From: Podarcis tiliguerta
Lineage: Eukaryota
Length of the DNA: 64,000 bases
Reading direction: 5' to 3' (one strand)
NCBI GenBank assembly: GCA_965153285.1
Contig: OZ229110.1
Made by a program: the position numbers and the translations under genes. The notes beneath the pieces were generated by a model. The model did not search any database. It was given only the letters and a program-made list of their open reading frames with translations, and had not been told where the DNA came from. Positions 1 through 32,400 of this stretch are shown in pieces. Every line of letters starts with the position of its first letter. Within the stretch, counting starts at the first letter, position 1.

Positions 1-109
1 ACGTGGCTCCATCCTACTCACTGTGGGGATGAAGGGGGCTGGGGCTCATGCCCTCTCTACCCCAACCGTTCTCTTACATACTTTTCAGCTCAGTTCCCAC
101 CATCTCCAT

Positions 110-195
110 GTCGCTCAGACAGCTGCTTCTGGTCAGTGTTGACAATACTGAGCTAGATGGACCAAATATCTTACTCAGTAACTTCCAATGTTTCT
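110..195 (+). mobile_element. 3' fragment of the same SINE family as 2841-3030
   Basis: gtcagtgttgacaatactgagctagatggaccaa matches the reverse complement of about 2870-2910. Confidence 0.5.
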
Positions 196-901
196 GTTCC
201 TACACCTACACACTTGCTCTCTCACTCTGTCTTCTGGAAATAGGAAATAAACTTAAAGGAAATCGGCTGTGACATCCTTGGCAATGTTGAAAGCATGTGT
301 GTACATACATAATTACTCATTCAGGAGACACAGGTTTAAGGCTGATTTCCCACCAGCTGTAAAAATCTTTACCTTTCATTTGAGTGAACCCAAACAATGT
401 TTTTGGTAATAATAATGTTGTAATAACAAGTCTTTTGGCAAGAGCTGAATTAGTTTGACTTAAGCAAAGCCCTTGGGCTTTTGACACAGACATCACAAGA
501 TCTCAGTTCATCTGCATGGTAGTTAAAATGTCTAGTTTCCTTTAAACTAGCTACCAACTGGTTAGTTCCGCTCTAAATTCTTGCGAGGAGAAATTAGATC
601 TAGGAGTTCTCTAGCAGCTCAGGTTGAGCAAAGTCCTAAAGCACAGCAGTGTGAACCATCTTAATACTTCCCCCTTCAGCAAACTTTTAGGAATGCGATC
701 TGAATGAATGCAAGGAGTAATAGTCTGGTTTTCTTAACATCATTAATGTGGAGGTGGGGAGTAGCGATGTGAAGTTTGGGGTCCGAGCATAGAACATTCT
801 TCTGCAATATTTAAACGTTGGTTGGTTGTAACCTGGCTACATTGCTAATGAACTTTCCCATTCCTAAGGGCAGATCCCCCCACAAAACATTAACCATCAC
901 C

Positions 902-20860
<19,959 letters not shown>

Positions 20861-20910
20861 AAATGTAAACTTTCTGCTGTCATTGACTCAAAGTGGATAT
20901 TTTTACTTAA

Positions 20911-20916
20911 AATAAA
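20911..20916 (+). terminator. Candidate proximal VIL1 poly(A) signal
   Basis: AATAAA 50 nt after the stop, followed by a GT-rich stretch (gtttgtttggagtgt). Further AATAAA at 21393 and 21731. Confidence 0.5.
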
Positions 20917-21203
20917 AATAATTCCAAGTTTGTTTGGAGTGTCCCAGAATGAACAATCAAGCATTTTCTGCCACTGGATTATATGCAGCAACAAAGGGGA
21001 TTCTATTCATTAACCCTACAGGTGGTCAAATTCTGAGTTACTAGAAACAGAGGGCAGCCCAGGCAGGAAAAAGGAGCCTTTAAAACTTGTGTCTGCCCAC
21101 TTGAGTCTCATTTTTCTCCACCTATGAAACAAGGTAGTGATTTATTTTAGTAAGTCACCAACACCAGGCTGTCTTGTAGCTGATCACCCCATTTCCCCCT
21201 TGA

Positions 21204-21370
21204 CCTTCTTTGGAGGTCCTTCTTTGGAGGTCTTTAAGCAGAGGCTTGACAACCATATGTCAGGAGTGCTCTGATGGTGTTTCCTGCTTGGCAGGGGGTT
21301 GGACTCGATGGCCCTTGTGGTCTCTTCCAACTCTATGATTCTATGATTCTATGATTCTATGATTCTATGA
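21204..21370 (+). mobile_element. CR1 LINE 3' end
   Basis: Typical CR1 terminus GGGGGTTGGACTCGATGGCCCTT...TCTTCCAACTC followed by an (ATTCTATG)n octamer tail. Confidence 0.9.
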
Positions 21371-22299
21371 TCTTGCCTTCTCTGAATTCCTGAATAAAAT
21401 TTGGCACTTCCACATTGTTTCCCCCAATATATCTGCAATGACATCACTAAGATCTACATTATGTATGCTCAGTGTTGACAAATTTCTGCAGTTTTGTTTT
21501 ACCAACCCCAGTACTATACTATAAGGGGGAGTCCCCCTACCCCGCCCCTGTGAAACAGGAATTGATGCAACCACATTTCCACAAAATTTTAAATTGTTTC
21601 TTTACATACACACCAATTTCCATGGTTTTTCTCTGAATCCAGAAGTGCAGAGTGAATTCCAATTCGCTTGCACACAGAAGTGTGGTTTTTGATCACATTT
21701 AGTGGGCTAGGGCTAATCATAGGAAATTCAAATAAATTTTACAGAAAATTCATGACTCCAAATTCCCATTATTCAATAATCACACATGAAAATGCCGACA
21801 ACAGGACTAGCAACTGCAGTTACTTCCATTTATCAGGCTTAAAGCAATGAGTAGAAGAGCAAGCTGAAGTTTCCTTAATGAAAAGTATTCCATATGGCTT
21901 ACTATATGCATTTTATAATGCAGATACATAGGTCTTCAAAATGAGGATCGGCCCCCACTTGAGAAGCAACTTACCACACCTTACCTTACAGGACAAAAGC
22001 AGAACTAGGATGGATTTTCCACAGGCAGTTGCTAATGTGTCTCAAGGAGCTAGGACTTTGTTCAGAGAATGGTTTATACCTACTCCATACTGGCAGAAGT
22101 AGTGCTTCATTTCTCTGAAGGAAAATGCAAGAACAACTGCACATTTGGTGGCCTGGTGACTTTCTGAGAAAGTCAGCTTTCTAATGCACATTTCTTTCCT
22201 CTATGGATCAAAATGGGTTTTCGAAACGTAACTTCTCTAATAGATTTACGCTTAAAATGAAACTAAGCCAAGAACACAAGGGATTGTAGCAAGCAGGAC

Positions 22300-22430
22300 T
22301 TCTCCTTCCTCTCCTCTCCCCATATGCTCTCAAAATCTGCTCCGAGAGTCCTCCAACCCTCTGGAGTAGATTTTAAGGGTTCACGGGGGGCTAGAGGGGA
22401 GAGGAGGGGAAAAGTCCATTACGCGAGCAG
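22300..22430. repeat. Dispersed palindromic repeat, probable MITE (family E)
   Basis: AAATCTGCTCC...GGAGTAGATTT core flanked by CT-rich and GA-rich arms. Relatives at about 20365-20460, 32480-32555 and 39075-39140. Confidence 0.5.
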
Positions 22431-23617
22431 AAGCCTGCTGTACTAACGAAACAGCTGTGTTGGATACAAACCCCAAGGAATGGAATACGTTTTGAAGAAT
22501 CATAAAAATAGAAGGCCATAAATTTAGAGTATCAACTGCAACAACAATAAACAGCAGTGAAAACTGAGAACCATCCAACCCTCTCAAGCATATTCTGAGG
22601 GTGTGCAATGCACTGAAGAGGGAGGAGAGGAATGTAACTCTGTGCTAAACAAAGCTGTAAGATACCTGCATCTTTTTTTTATAAAAAAAGGAACGAGATT
22701 CAGCATTAATGAAGAGTGTTTAATTTCTCTGAAATCAATCTACACATCATTTAAAGAGGAAGAAAAAGAAGGCAGAATTTAGTAAAGAATACATAGAAAC
22801 AAGTCTGCTAAAACACAGAAAAGTGCTGCTCCACATTAAGTGTCAAGGGACACAAAGTGACTCCCAACATTAAAAAAAAATCCCCAAGACAACTGCCTCA
22901 AACACACATGACAAGAACTCTCGCCCCAACTCACTCACCCCCCCTAAGTTTTTAGAGAATAACTTATTAAAGAAGCAGGGGAGCAAAGAAGTAGGTTAAC
23001 ACTGGGAAGCAGCATAGGGGCAACAACCCACCCACTTCATTTTCATTCCGAGACTGTTCACTCCCCATGTTACACTGGTTCAAAAAGAACACCAATTCTT
23101 GTACAGAAACTCAGCTCCGCATCTTACCCCAAACTCCCATCACAGGGATCTGAAAAATTCCATGGATTTCCAATGAAATACTATTTAATTATAATTAATC
23201 CAGCCTTTAATTAGCTGCAGGGCAAGCAGGTTTTGTTAACCCATCTAGCACTTGAAAGACCCTGCGTGCCTGAAACAAGTAGTACACCTTATGCTGTTGA
23301 CTCCCCCATGGTGGAAGAAGGCAGGGAGCCCAGGATAGAGAAATCACTGGAATCCTCTGTATCTTCAAGGTTATTTCCATGGACTCCATTTATAAAACAC
23401 TGAGCATTCATCTTCCAGTAGTGAGGGCAAAACTGATGGACAGATTTAACTTTAAGTGAAACACTGGTGCCTAATGCCCTATATTTGCATGCTTAGGTTT
23501 TCAATTTCTAGCCCATGGCTAGAAAGAACAAGCTTTTTTTTATATAAGGAAAAATCTTCATTAAAAAATAGGTGCATGGTGATTTCTAAAGTTTTCTTTA
23601 GCAAACAACCTGAGCTA

Positions 23618-23623
23618 TTTTAT
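23618..23623 (-). terminator. Candidate USP37 poly(A) signal
   Basis: Minus-strand AATAAA preceded by TGTATATA (23633-23640). Alternatives: AATAAA 25123-25128, ATTAAA 22719-22724, AATAAA 21141-21146. Confidence 0.35.
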
Positions 23624-26448
23624 TAATCCAGCTATATACAAGATTTGTTGGGGAGGGGTGGAGGTTATGGAGAGTTTAGTTACTTAGTGCAAACACATAT
23701 ATGGCTATTTTTCTTTATCAAAAAGTAAATATAGCAGAAAAATACAGCAAAAATAGGGCAAATGTAGAAAAGTGAGGTTTAAAATATGCAGGCATGAACC
23801 AAACAATAAATTCTATTGGGTGAACTCATGTTTAGTTGCTTCCTTCTTTTGAAACCAAGAATAATGTCTCAGAAAGTTACATATCACACTGCTCTAAAAA
23901 CAAACCTTCCCTTTAGCAGGCAACAGGATTCTAAACAGCAGCAGTAAGCCACTGCTGTTTAGGTCCCCAAAGTTTCTGTATTTCTCAAGATTACCTATAG
24001 TACAAGATGCTATAAACCACATACTTAAAATTTGGTTCTAAATGTAATCCTGACTGGCCGAGAAAACTGTACAAACGTAAACTCTTGCACAGTTTCAGCA
24101 CTTCATGTTAAAACAGTAGACAATAAAAACTGATTGAGCTTAGAATCTCCCTCGCACAACACATTCTACAGATTTTAATGGACTGCAAATGCCAACAAGG
24201 ATGTAAATGTAAATTTACATATATAGAGGGAGCACTAGATGGTACCTTCCTTGCCAGCACATTTCACCTTAGGGGGCAAAAAACTATTTAGAAAGTTGCC
24301 ATAGCTTGACATAATCACTGGCTTAGTCACTTCTGGCTATGTTGCATTCTGAATACTAGATGAAGCAAAAACATATGACTGCTCTAATGATTCCACATTC
24401 CTGACAATTCGGATGACTCTGAACCTGAACGCTCTATACTGTCTTATTATGACACCTACCTATAATATTTTGACTGTAAATATGAGAGTTAAATTTTCTT
24501 GACCATGCTATCAATATGAACCTGTAGGTGTCATGACAACTACTTAACACATTTATCTGGGAGTTTCGGGGGGGGGGGGGGACAGCACTACCTCAGAATC
24601 AGTAAGAGATGTACAGCCTTACTCCAGAACAGTATTTCATTTTGAGGCTCCTCTTTTGCACCTAAAGAAAAACCCCTTATTCCTTACTGAAAAGCGCATT
24701 CAAATAACTCTGACCGTAAACAGTGCAAAATCACAATGATAGAATAAATTTAAACACTATGCTTTTGGCAGTATGACTTAGGAGAACTTTTGTTTGGTTT
24801 GGCAGATTAGCCAAGCAAATAATAAAGTTATCACCCTACTACTACCCTTGATTCAGCAAATGTCATTCAGAGTTGCCTAACACAGCCTGTAATTCTATAA
24901 GCCCTGCAGGGAAATGCTTCCACAACAGGTAATACCTGTTGCCTACTAATGCCCATGGTTTGTGTCTTCTAGTCAAAGGCTTATATTTCTTAGGAAGTTC
25001 TAATTGTAATTAAAAACAATTGCTAAGAAGGGGGGACGACAACCCTCTCAACACCTGTTAACCTTTTCAAAAGAAAAGTCTGAGTTAGGGGCAAACCAAG
25101 AGGCACCTCAATTATTAGCAATTTTATTGCCACAAAAGTAAAAGTGAAAAAACTGGAATAAATTTCCAGTATTAAAATGAGGAACTGAAACAAATTAATT
25201 CTAGATAGTATTTTTCTTGTTTGTCCTTTTTGTCAAACAAGCTACAAAATGAATTTTGTGTTATCCAAATACTATTAAATAACCAAACCCTAACATCTAC
25301 ACCCTGAAATGTCTCGAAAACATCAAATAACCACTTTTGAGAGTTCTCTGATTTTTTCAACTGATTTAACTGCACTTACCACAAAACTAGAATAAATCCA
25401 GGTACATTTTAGTATTTCATCTGTTGGCATACTTGCCCAACAGAGTAAAGCTGGGAAAGATATAACACACACACACCTTTCAAGCACGTGCAGTTTTTCA
25501 GGGCTGAAAGCCAACACAAACACAGGGAAAACAGAACTCTCGTTCGTGCTTCATTTACTGATTAGCACTAGCTGGGCACTGGTAAAAAAAGCCAAAAGCC
25601 AGGAGTTGCACTTCCAGTTAGCTGCCTCTCTCATTGCCAAACCGGGACAGTCTTCAGTGAAACACAGCTAATATATATCTAGATATATATACACAGACTA
25701 ATACAGATTATACACACAAATGCTCACAGAGAAATAAAACCTTTCTGCAAATGGCAGTACTTAGAAAAGAACACAGTCAAAAAAGAATAAAAACTTTAAA
25801 AATTATATATATATATATTTATATAGTATATATTTTAACTTTAAAAACAAGGACGAAAGTGAACTATGTGAAGATGTAATCCATGGGTTCCAAAGCACCG
25901 ACAGTTTGTTTCCTGGATCTGTGTGATCCTGTATTAAAGACCATGGGTGTCCCAGTTTCAGCAATGCCAGGGTACTCCATTTAGCTGAGTCAGCCTTCAG
26001 CACTTTCCAATTCACGTTACGTACACAATATTTACCAGATTCGAAACTATTGCTTATTTTGCTCTCGTGTAGGAAAGGCATAGAAAACCACCCAATATGT
26101 AGCATCTTCTCAGTTTCCCTGTGAGAGGTAAATGGGCGAACTTGAAGTCGCTTCTCACACCATCCTTTTATGAGTTTTTGAAGGAGCCATTAAATCCTCT
26201 GGCCTGATTAACACCATGGCTGCTGGCACAATTATTTCTTGACTATTTAAAACAAAAGAATAAGAAGGAAACTCCAGGTAAAAGAAGCTTAGCTGCATGG
26301 TTGAAATTCAAAAGGAAGGCGTGAAGTGGTCCATTCCTCCTATTCCATGGGGTTGTCTCAACTACGCCCTGAGTTCTCGGGGGTTTCTGGCTCTTGCATG
26401 TCAGGCAAAAGTTCAGAAATCACTTGTGCTCAGTTAAAGCGACGTTCT

Positions 26449-29400
26449 TCAAATGGGCTGCCGAACTGGCTTCCCTACCTCCGTGCAAGGCAGCTGCATA
26501 TTCTTTTCCGTTTCTAGCAACTCATCAAATATCTCCCTGGGAAACACAAAAGAGGTTCACATCAAAGAAGAAGGAAAGCTTTTAATGAGGAAGCAAAGCT
26601 GTAGAGCAGGGGTAGGAAACCTTCTGGGCCTAGTGAGCCAGATGTTTATCTTCCTGTACCCCACGGATGAACTTTAATAGGTGGGTGGGGCCACTCACCT
26701 GTCAACCAGCTGGCTTCATGATGGCATTAGATGAGTGATAGGTGAGAGGTCCCATTTATTAGTCAAAGCTAGCCAGCCAGGGTTAGGTCTGCTTTTCCCA
26801 CAAGAAACCTGCAAGCAAAGCAGCACCTAGCAGGACTGAACTCTCTGATCACCAGCTGCTGAGTGTAGGGTTCCATCATATTCTCTGCAGGGGACTACAG
26901 GGAATGTGCTGGTGAAGCAGTAGCCAGTAGGATTGAACCCTGTTCCACCCAATCCATCAGCTGCCATCACACAGTGATATCAGTTGGCTGATAAGTGGGG
27001 ATAGCCTCAAGGAAAAAACTGGGCCTCCTGGCAGGTCAAGATTGGCCTGTCGACTGGAGATTCCCCACCCCTGATGTAGAGGGTGAAAAAGACAGGCAAA
27101 TGCATGCAAGAGAATCTGCTCAGGTTCCAGAGTTACAGCCTCGCTATTTTGCACCTTCCCAGTCAAAGGGCTATTAAACAGGTTCCAATAATTCTTATAA
27201 GCTATTCAGGACCATACTATAACTAGCAACTAGGAAAACAGGAATTAGAAACACGAGACCATTTTAGAGAATGCAAATGCAAATAAAAAAGGATTGGACC
27301 ATTTGGGGAGGACACATAAAGTACATTTACTTGTGCATATAAAAGAAGATGTAGCCACTCCGGTCTCTGTCACTCTGCACAGAGGCTTCTTGAGTTCTGG
27401 ATACTTCCAAGTCATTGTATGTGAACCATACTTGCTTGCGAATGTCATACACATCACTAATATAGTGACCTTCAATATGATGGGGGAGAGAGAGAAAGAA
27501 AATATTAGAACATCATGGACTGTAGCTTCCAGGCTACATTAAGTATCAGAAGTATTTTCAAGGCATTTTGTTTATTAATTAATAAACTGAAAGACAATAA
27601 CACTCCCTAGTACAAACTGCATTTTGCTATTTTGAAAATGATTGATTTAAACTAGCAAGATGAATTCCACTTAAAATAGCTGGTTTCCATTGGATAATTA
27701 TTTCTATGGGCTTCAGTGAGCTTAACTCAATTGCTGAATTTAGGCAACAACCCTGTTGGTTCTGGGAAAACTGATTTTTTTTTCCCCAAGCACACAAAAT
27801 GAAATATTAACAATCTTCTTCTTTTTCCTTTGTGGTCTTGGTTGCTGAAAAAACACAAGAGACACACTTTTCCTGTAGAGAGCAGAGCTATCAAGGAAGT
27901 GATGTTTGCCTCACCTGAGGAGGAGGTGTCTCCAATATGGCTGACAACACTAATGAGTCGATAGGAGTTGGGCAGCTCTCCTGTCTGAGGAAAAAGTCAA
28001 TTATTAGTTTAAGTTTGCTCTTCTACCAGACTGAGAAAGGTAGGTAGATTATGGTTTAGCTACGATAAAATCTTTATTGCGCCAAACACTGGAGCAAACC
28101 TTTTGAGATATTGCTAATTTGCTCAGGTCAAAGCTTACGGGTAACTCAGGAGCAGAGAACATACAGCCTTAACTTCCTCTCATTTTTAAACTAGCTCTCA
28201 TCATTGTTAAAACCCCAGAAACTGGTATGCCGTCAATGTGCCACTGCAGAGCTCCAAAAGGCTCAGTACGGAAACTCTGACCTTACTGGGTGTTACCTAG
28301 GTCACAGCCTACAATGCACTAACAGGAAGATTTCCTAGAGGGCATGTGTAAACCAGCAGGGAGAGAGACAGCACAAAGAAACTATTCTGAAACATCAACA
28401 GAATACAACAGGCACAATAGCCAGAAAATTGTGAGGAAGAAGACTGTCTCAAACATCTCTACAACAACATTCAAGATGTATGAAGGAACAGTGGAAAAAT
28501 AATTGTTTGCCTGCATTCTCTAAAAGGGAAGGCTAGTTACTGTCACACTTCACTATGTTAAAAATTGGGTTTTAGGAATGCAGGTTGAAGGGCTTGTAAA
28601 ACCTTTTCCTTTGAGTATAAAAATAACCTTTTCAATTTATACAGCAAACAAACAAAACAAAACTTCAACATAATACTAAACAGGTGCTTGTATGATTACT
28701 TCACAATTAAGAAACTTATCTTACCAATAATGTAATTACTGTGCTGCATGAAATACCAGCTTAATTAACCCGGGGATGCAGAGCCTGTGGTCCTCCAGAC
28801 ATTGCTACACTACAGCTCCCTTAGTTTCTGACCACTGGTCATGCTGGCTAGAGCTGATAGGAACTGGAGTTCAACAATCTATACAAGGCCACAAGTCCCC
28901 CCACCCCTGCTTAGCCAACAAATCAAGATGTGCATTTCCCCCACTCCATCCTTCTCCCTAAAGGGAAATCACTATTTCTCCATCCTCATCTCCAAGAGGA
29001 AGAGTAACTCATCCAAATGATGAGGCAGGCATTTGAACCCAAGTCTCAAACACCACCCACTGAGAGAACTTTACAAACAGTCTCAAAGATAGCTAAGGAT
29101 ATCATACCAAACAACCTGAACCATCAAAACAGAAAAGCTCCCCGTAAGCATTTATATATGCTTTTACTCCACGTATAGTAATAAAATGGGAGCTAGTCCC
29201 AATAGCCCAGACCATCACCTCAGCATTTCTTTTCAATTCCTCAGCTTCTGCTTCTGAGTACTCCATGTCCAGAACATCCTCATTCCCAGAGTCCTCATCA
29301 GAGCCAAGGCTGTCCAGAAGAGAGCTGTTAAACTCTAAACACCATGAAAATAATACTGTGTAAGACCCTTGATCATAAGCATATCACAAAACTGACAATA

Positions 29401-32400
29401 TACCAGCACACCATGTATCCAAAATATTTCCCTCTCCTTTGCTAAATAAAGCACTGTAATAATGGGCATCAAGTAAATATTCTATATACACACAGCAAAT
29501 AGTTTCTGTATTTTCAATTTTATGCAAGGAAACATCCTTTTAAGGCTTCATTGAGGTACTGCTCTCAAATGTTGCTGCTCCAGTTAAAAGGTGGAATGCA
29601 ACTAGTGTGTTAGCATCTTGCCTCTTTGCTCATGGCAAGAAGTGATCAAAATATAGAAATTTAATAGTTGCTGGACTGAGCAAAATACATGCAACTTTTT
29701 CTAAGTAGCGGGAAATTTTAAGCTTTGAGGTTCTGTAACATTTCCGCTTTGGTTTTCACAGAACTATCACCACCACCACCATCATCGCAATAATAATACT
29801 CTGAAGCCAACTCTGCTTACTGCTAAATAAAAAAGTTCTGCTTTGAGTTAATTACTTGCATATGAAAGTTATGCCACTTGTCATAGCTTTTGCTGTAGAT
29901 CACCTAAACCAGGATTAAACCCCATGTTGTTAAGTTTTACAGATTTGGAAATTTGACATTCACATTTTTACCACTGACTCGGTAAGACAGGTCAGGATTG
30001 GTGGATCACAGATCAGCCTACATACAAGGCACAGTACAGTTGGTCAGCAGAACAAACTGAAAGGGAGAAGGAACCACAGAAAACAAGCTATGATTGCCTA
30101 TAGAGCATTCTGCTACGCCCACAAATCCTACCAGCATGGTATCTACCTCTCTCTAGTAGCAAAAGCCTTCAGTAGAAAACCAGTACTTTGCATCTATTAA
30201 CTATCTGTGCTTTCATGCAGCAATGACATGAGTCAATTCCTTTATGTCCTGTAACTGTCTGCCAAACAAACACATTTCCCCCCGTTGTATTCATTGGAAG
30301 GCAAAGAAAACTCACTTGGGGGAGAGCTTAAACCATTTACTTTTTACAAAGGCTTTTAAGCAGAGTTGCTGCCAAAAATTTGCAGAAAATGAAATTGGAA
30401 TGTGAACTTAATGAGGATTCTCTGACAGAAAATGAGGAATTTCAAGGGAAGAAGAAAAGAAAGAATAATAAAACAATTCCACTGATCTGCATGTTGTGTT
30501 TCAGAGTTTACCAGCTGAATGTGCTTTTATATTGAACCTAAACTGGAAGGACTAGAGCACAAAGTAATACAAATGAGGCAAAGAACAAAATACCAGCTTC
30601 CTTTCAAGTACTGTGAGCAATTGTGGAATGATATGAAAACTCATCCCTATTTTCTCCTGTTCATCTCACCTTGCAGACTTAATTCAGTGGCTCGTTTAAG
30701 GTCATCATCTTCTTTTTGTTCCCGCGCCTCCTGCTGGGGTAGAGAACCAAACTTAGTTCACTGAGACACTTCCTGTTCTTTTTATAGGTTCTCTGTTACT
30801 GCCACTGAGAACTATGCAACTCCAGTTTCTACAACAATCCTAATTCCCTGTGCAGGCACGTTTGAGACCAGCCAGAGCCCAAATGTTCCACAGGGTCAGC
30901 CTTAATTAAAAGGTTGTTCAAGTTGCTCACGTTTGGTATGCAACACAGCAAGTCCCCAAGTGCCACAACAAGCTCTCTACGGCTTTTCTTTTGAAAAGTC
31001 TTGAAATGAATGTGAACTGCTTGCAAAGCACAATAGTTTTGAACAAAATTTCCCACAATGTAGCAAAACGTATGCTAATCTCTGCCTAAAGCTAAATGAG
31101 GACACAAGCCATTAATGAAGAATGGAAAAATCTGCTGCATTTAAAAAGAATTCTAAGAGTATCAGTGCTTGCAGCTCAACAAAAAACAGATTTCATCGGT
31201 AGGTGGCTCTGCATTCCCCAAAAGCCCTCTTACTTACTTCAATCAGGGCAGTTATAAGACAAACCCTTTTATATTTAGAGTATTTCCCCTCATAATTCAC
31301 AATAATTCCCAATGACTATAATAATAATAATTTATTATTTATACCCCGCCCATCTGGCTGTGCTTCCCCAGCCACTATGGGCGGCTTCCAACAAAAATAT
31401 TAAAATACAGTAATGCATCAAACATTAAAAGCTTCCCTAAACACTACTATGCCTATTCAGCTCATCAGTTTGAAAGTATTCATGAAAGCTTTCAAATCCA
31501 ACTTTACAAAAGCTCTTCAATGCCCCCCAAAAAAGATTAGTAATCAAAGCTCTCTTGTACCGTGTTATGGAGCAGGCTAAAATAACCCCTCTTATACGTC
31601 TTCTTAAAGGAGACACTAACTGTGCCCTGTGATTTCCTATCACCAGAGAAGGAATCTCTGGTTGGCTGTTTTGATTTCCAAGTGCTTGTGAAAGAGCATT
31701 GGCTCTTACTTGTTCTTGGAGGCTCTGAGCCAAAGCCTGCTGTAGCTCCTGTTCCTCTCTTTCTCGCTCCATGTCATACTGTTGCAGCCAATCAACCTCC
31801 CCTTGAGTGCCTTCCGGAGTTTTATTTTCCTTATTCTCATCAAAATCTTTAGTTATCTCAGGAAAGTTGGCAAAACCTATGGAAACAAAAATACCACGTT
31901 GATGCTTTAATTTTGTTTTTAGCAGCAGTTGCAGGGGGAACTTTTCTTGGTGGTCACCAGCTAAGTCCTTTTCATTCTACCCAAGTCTCAGGAGCAGAGT
32001 GACATCTACTGGTATTTCAGGATGAATTCTATCAAGGGGGGGGGGGAGTGTTTTCTGCAGTGAAGAACATTTTCCCACTTGATCAAGGCTTTAAAAATGA
32101 GTGGTATCAAGTATTTTAGTGTACACCTTTTAAAAAAACCACACTGAGCAAAGATTATTTGCACCTATGTGCCTGAAGTATGCAGCATGAGAAACCAAGC
32201 TCACCCTAAACTTTGCCTTTCTGGACTTCTGATTTAATTTGGTATTCCCTTTTTTTTTTTTTTTTTTTTACATTAAGTTTCTAAGAATGAAGAGAAATAG
32301 AAGGCAATTTTTGCATGATTCTCCACATGGGTTGTCTTTAAGTAACCAATGCTTATTTTTATAATAAAAGTGGAACTTAAAATGGATAGCCATATTTTTA

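Noticed and set aside
25671-25690. 20-bp palindrome ATATATATCTAGATATATAT in the USP37 3' region
   Set aside because: Mostly (AT)n low complexity, so self-complementarity is expected.
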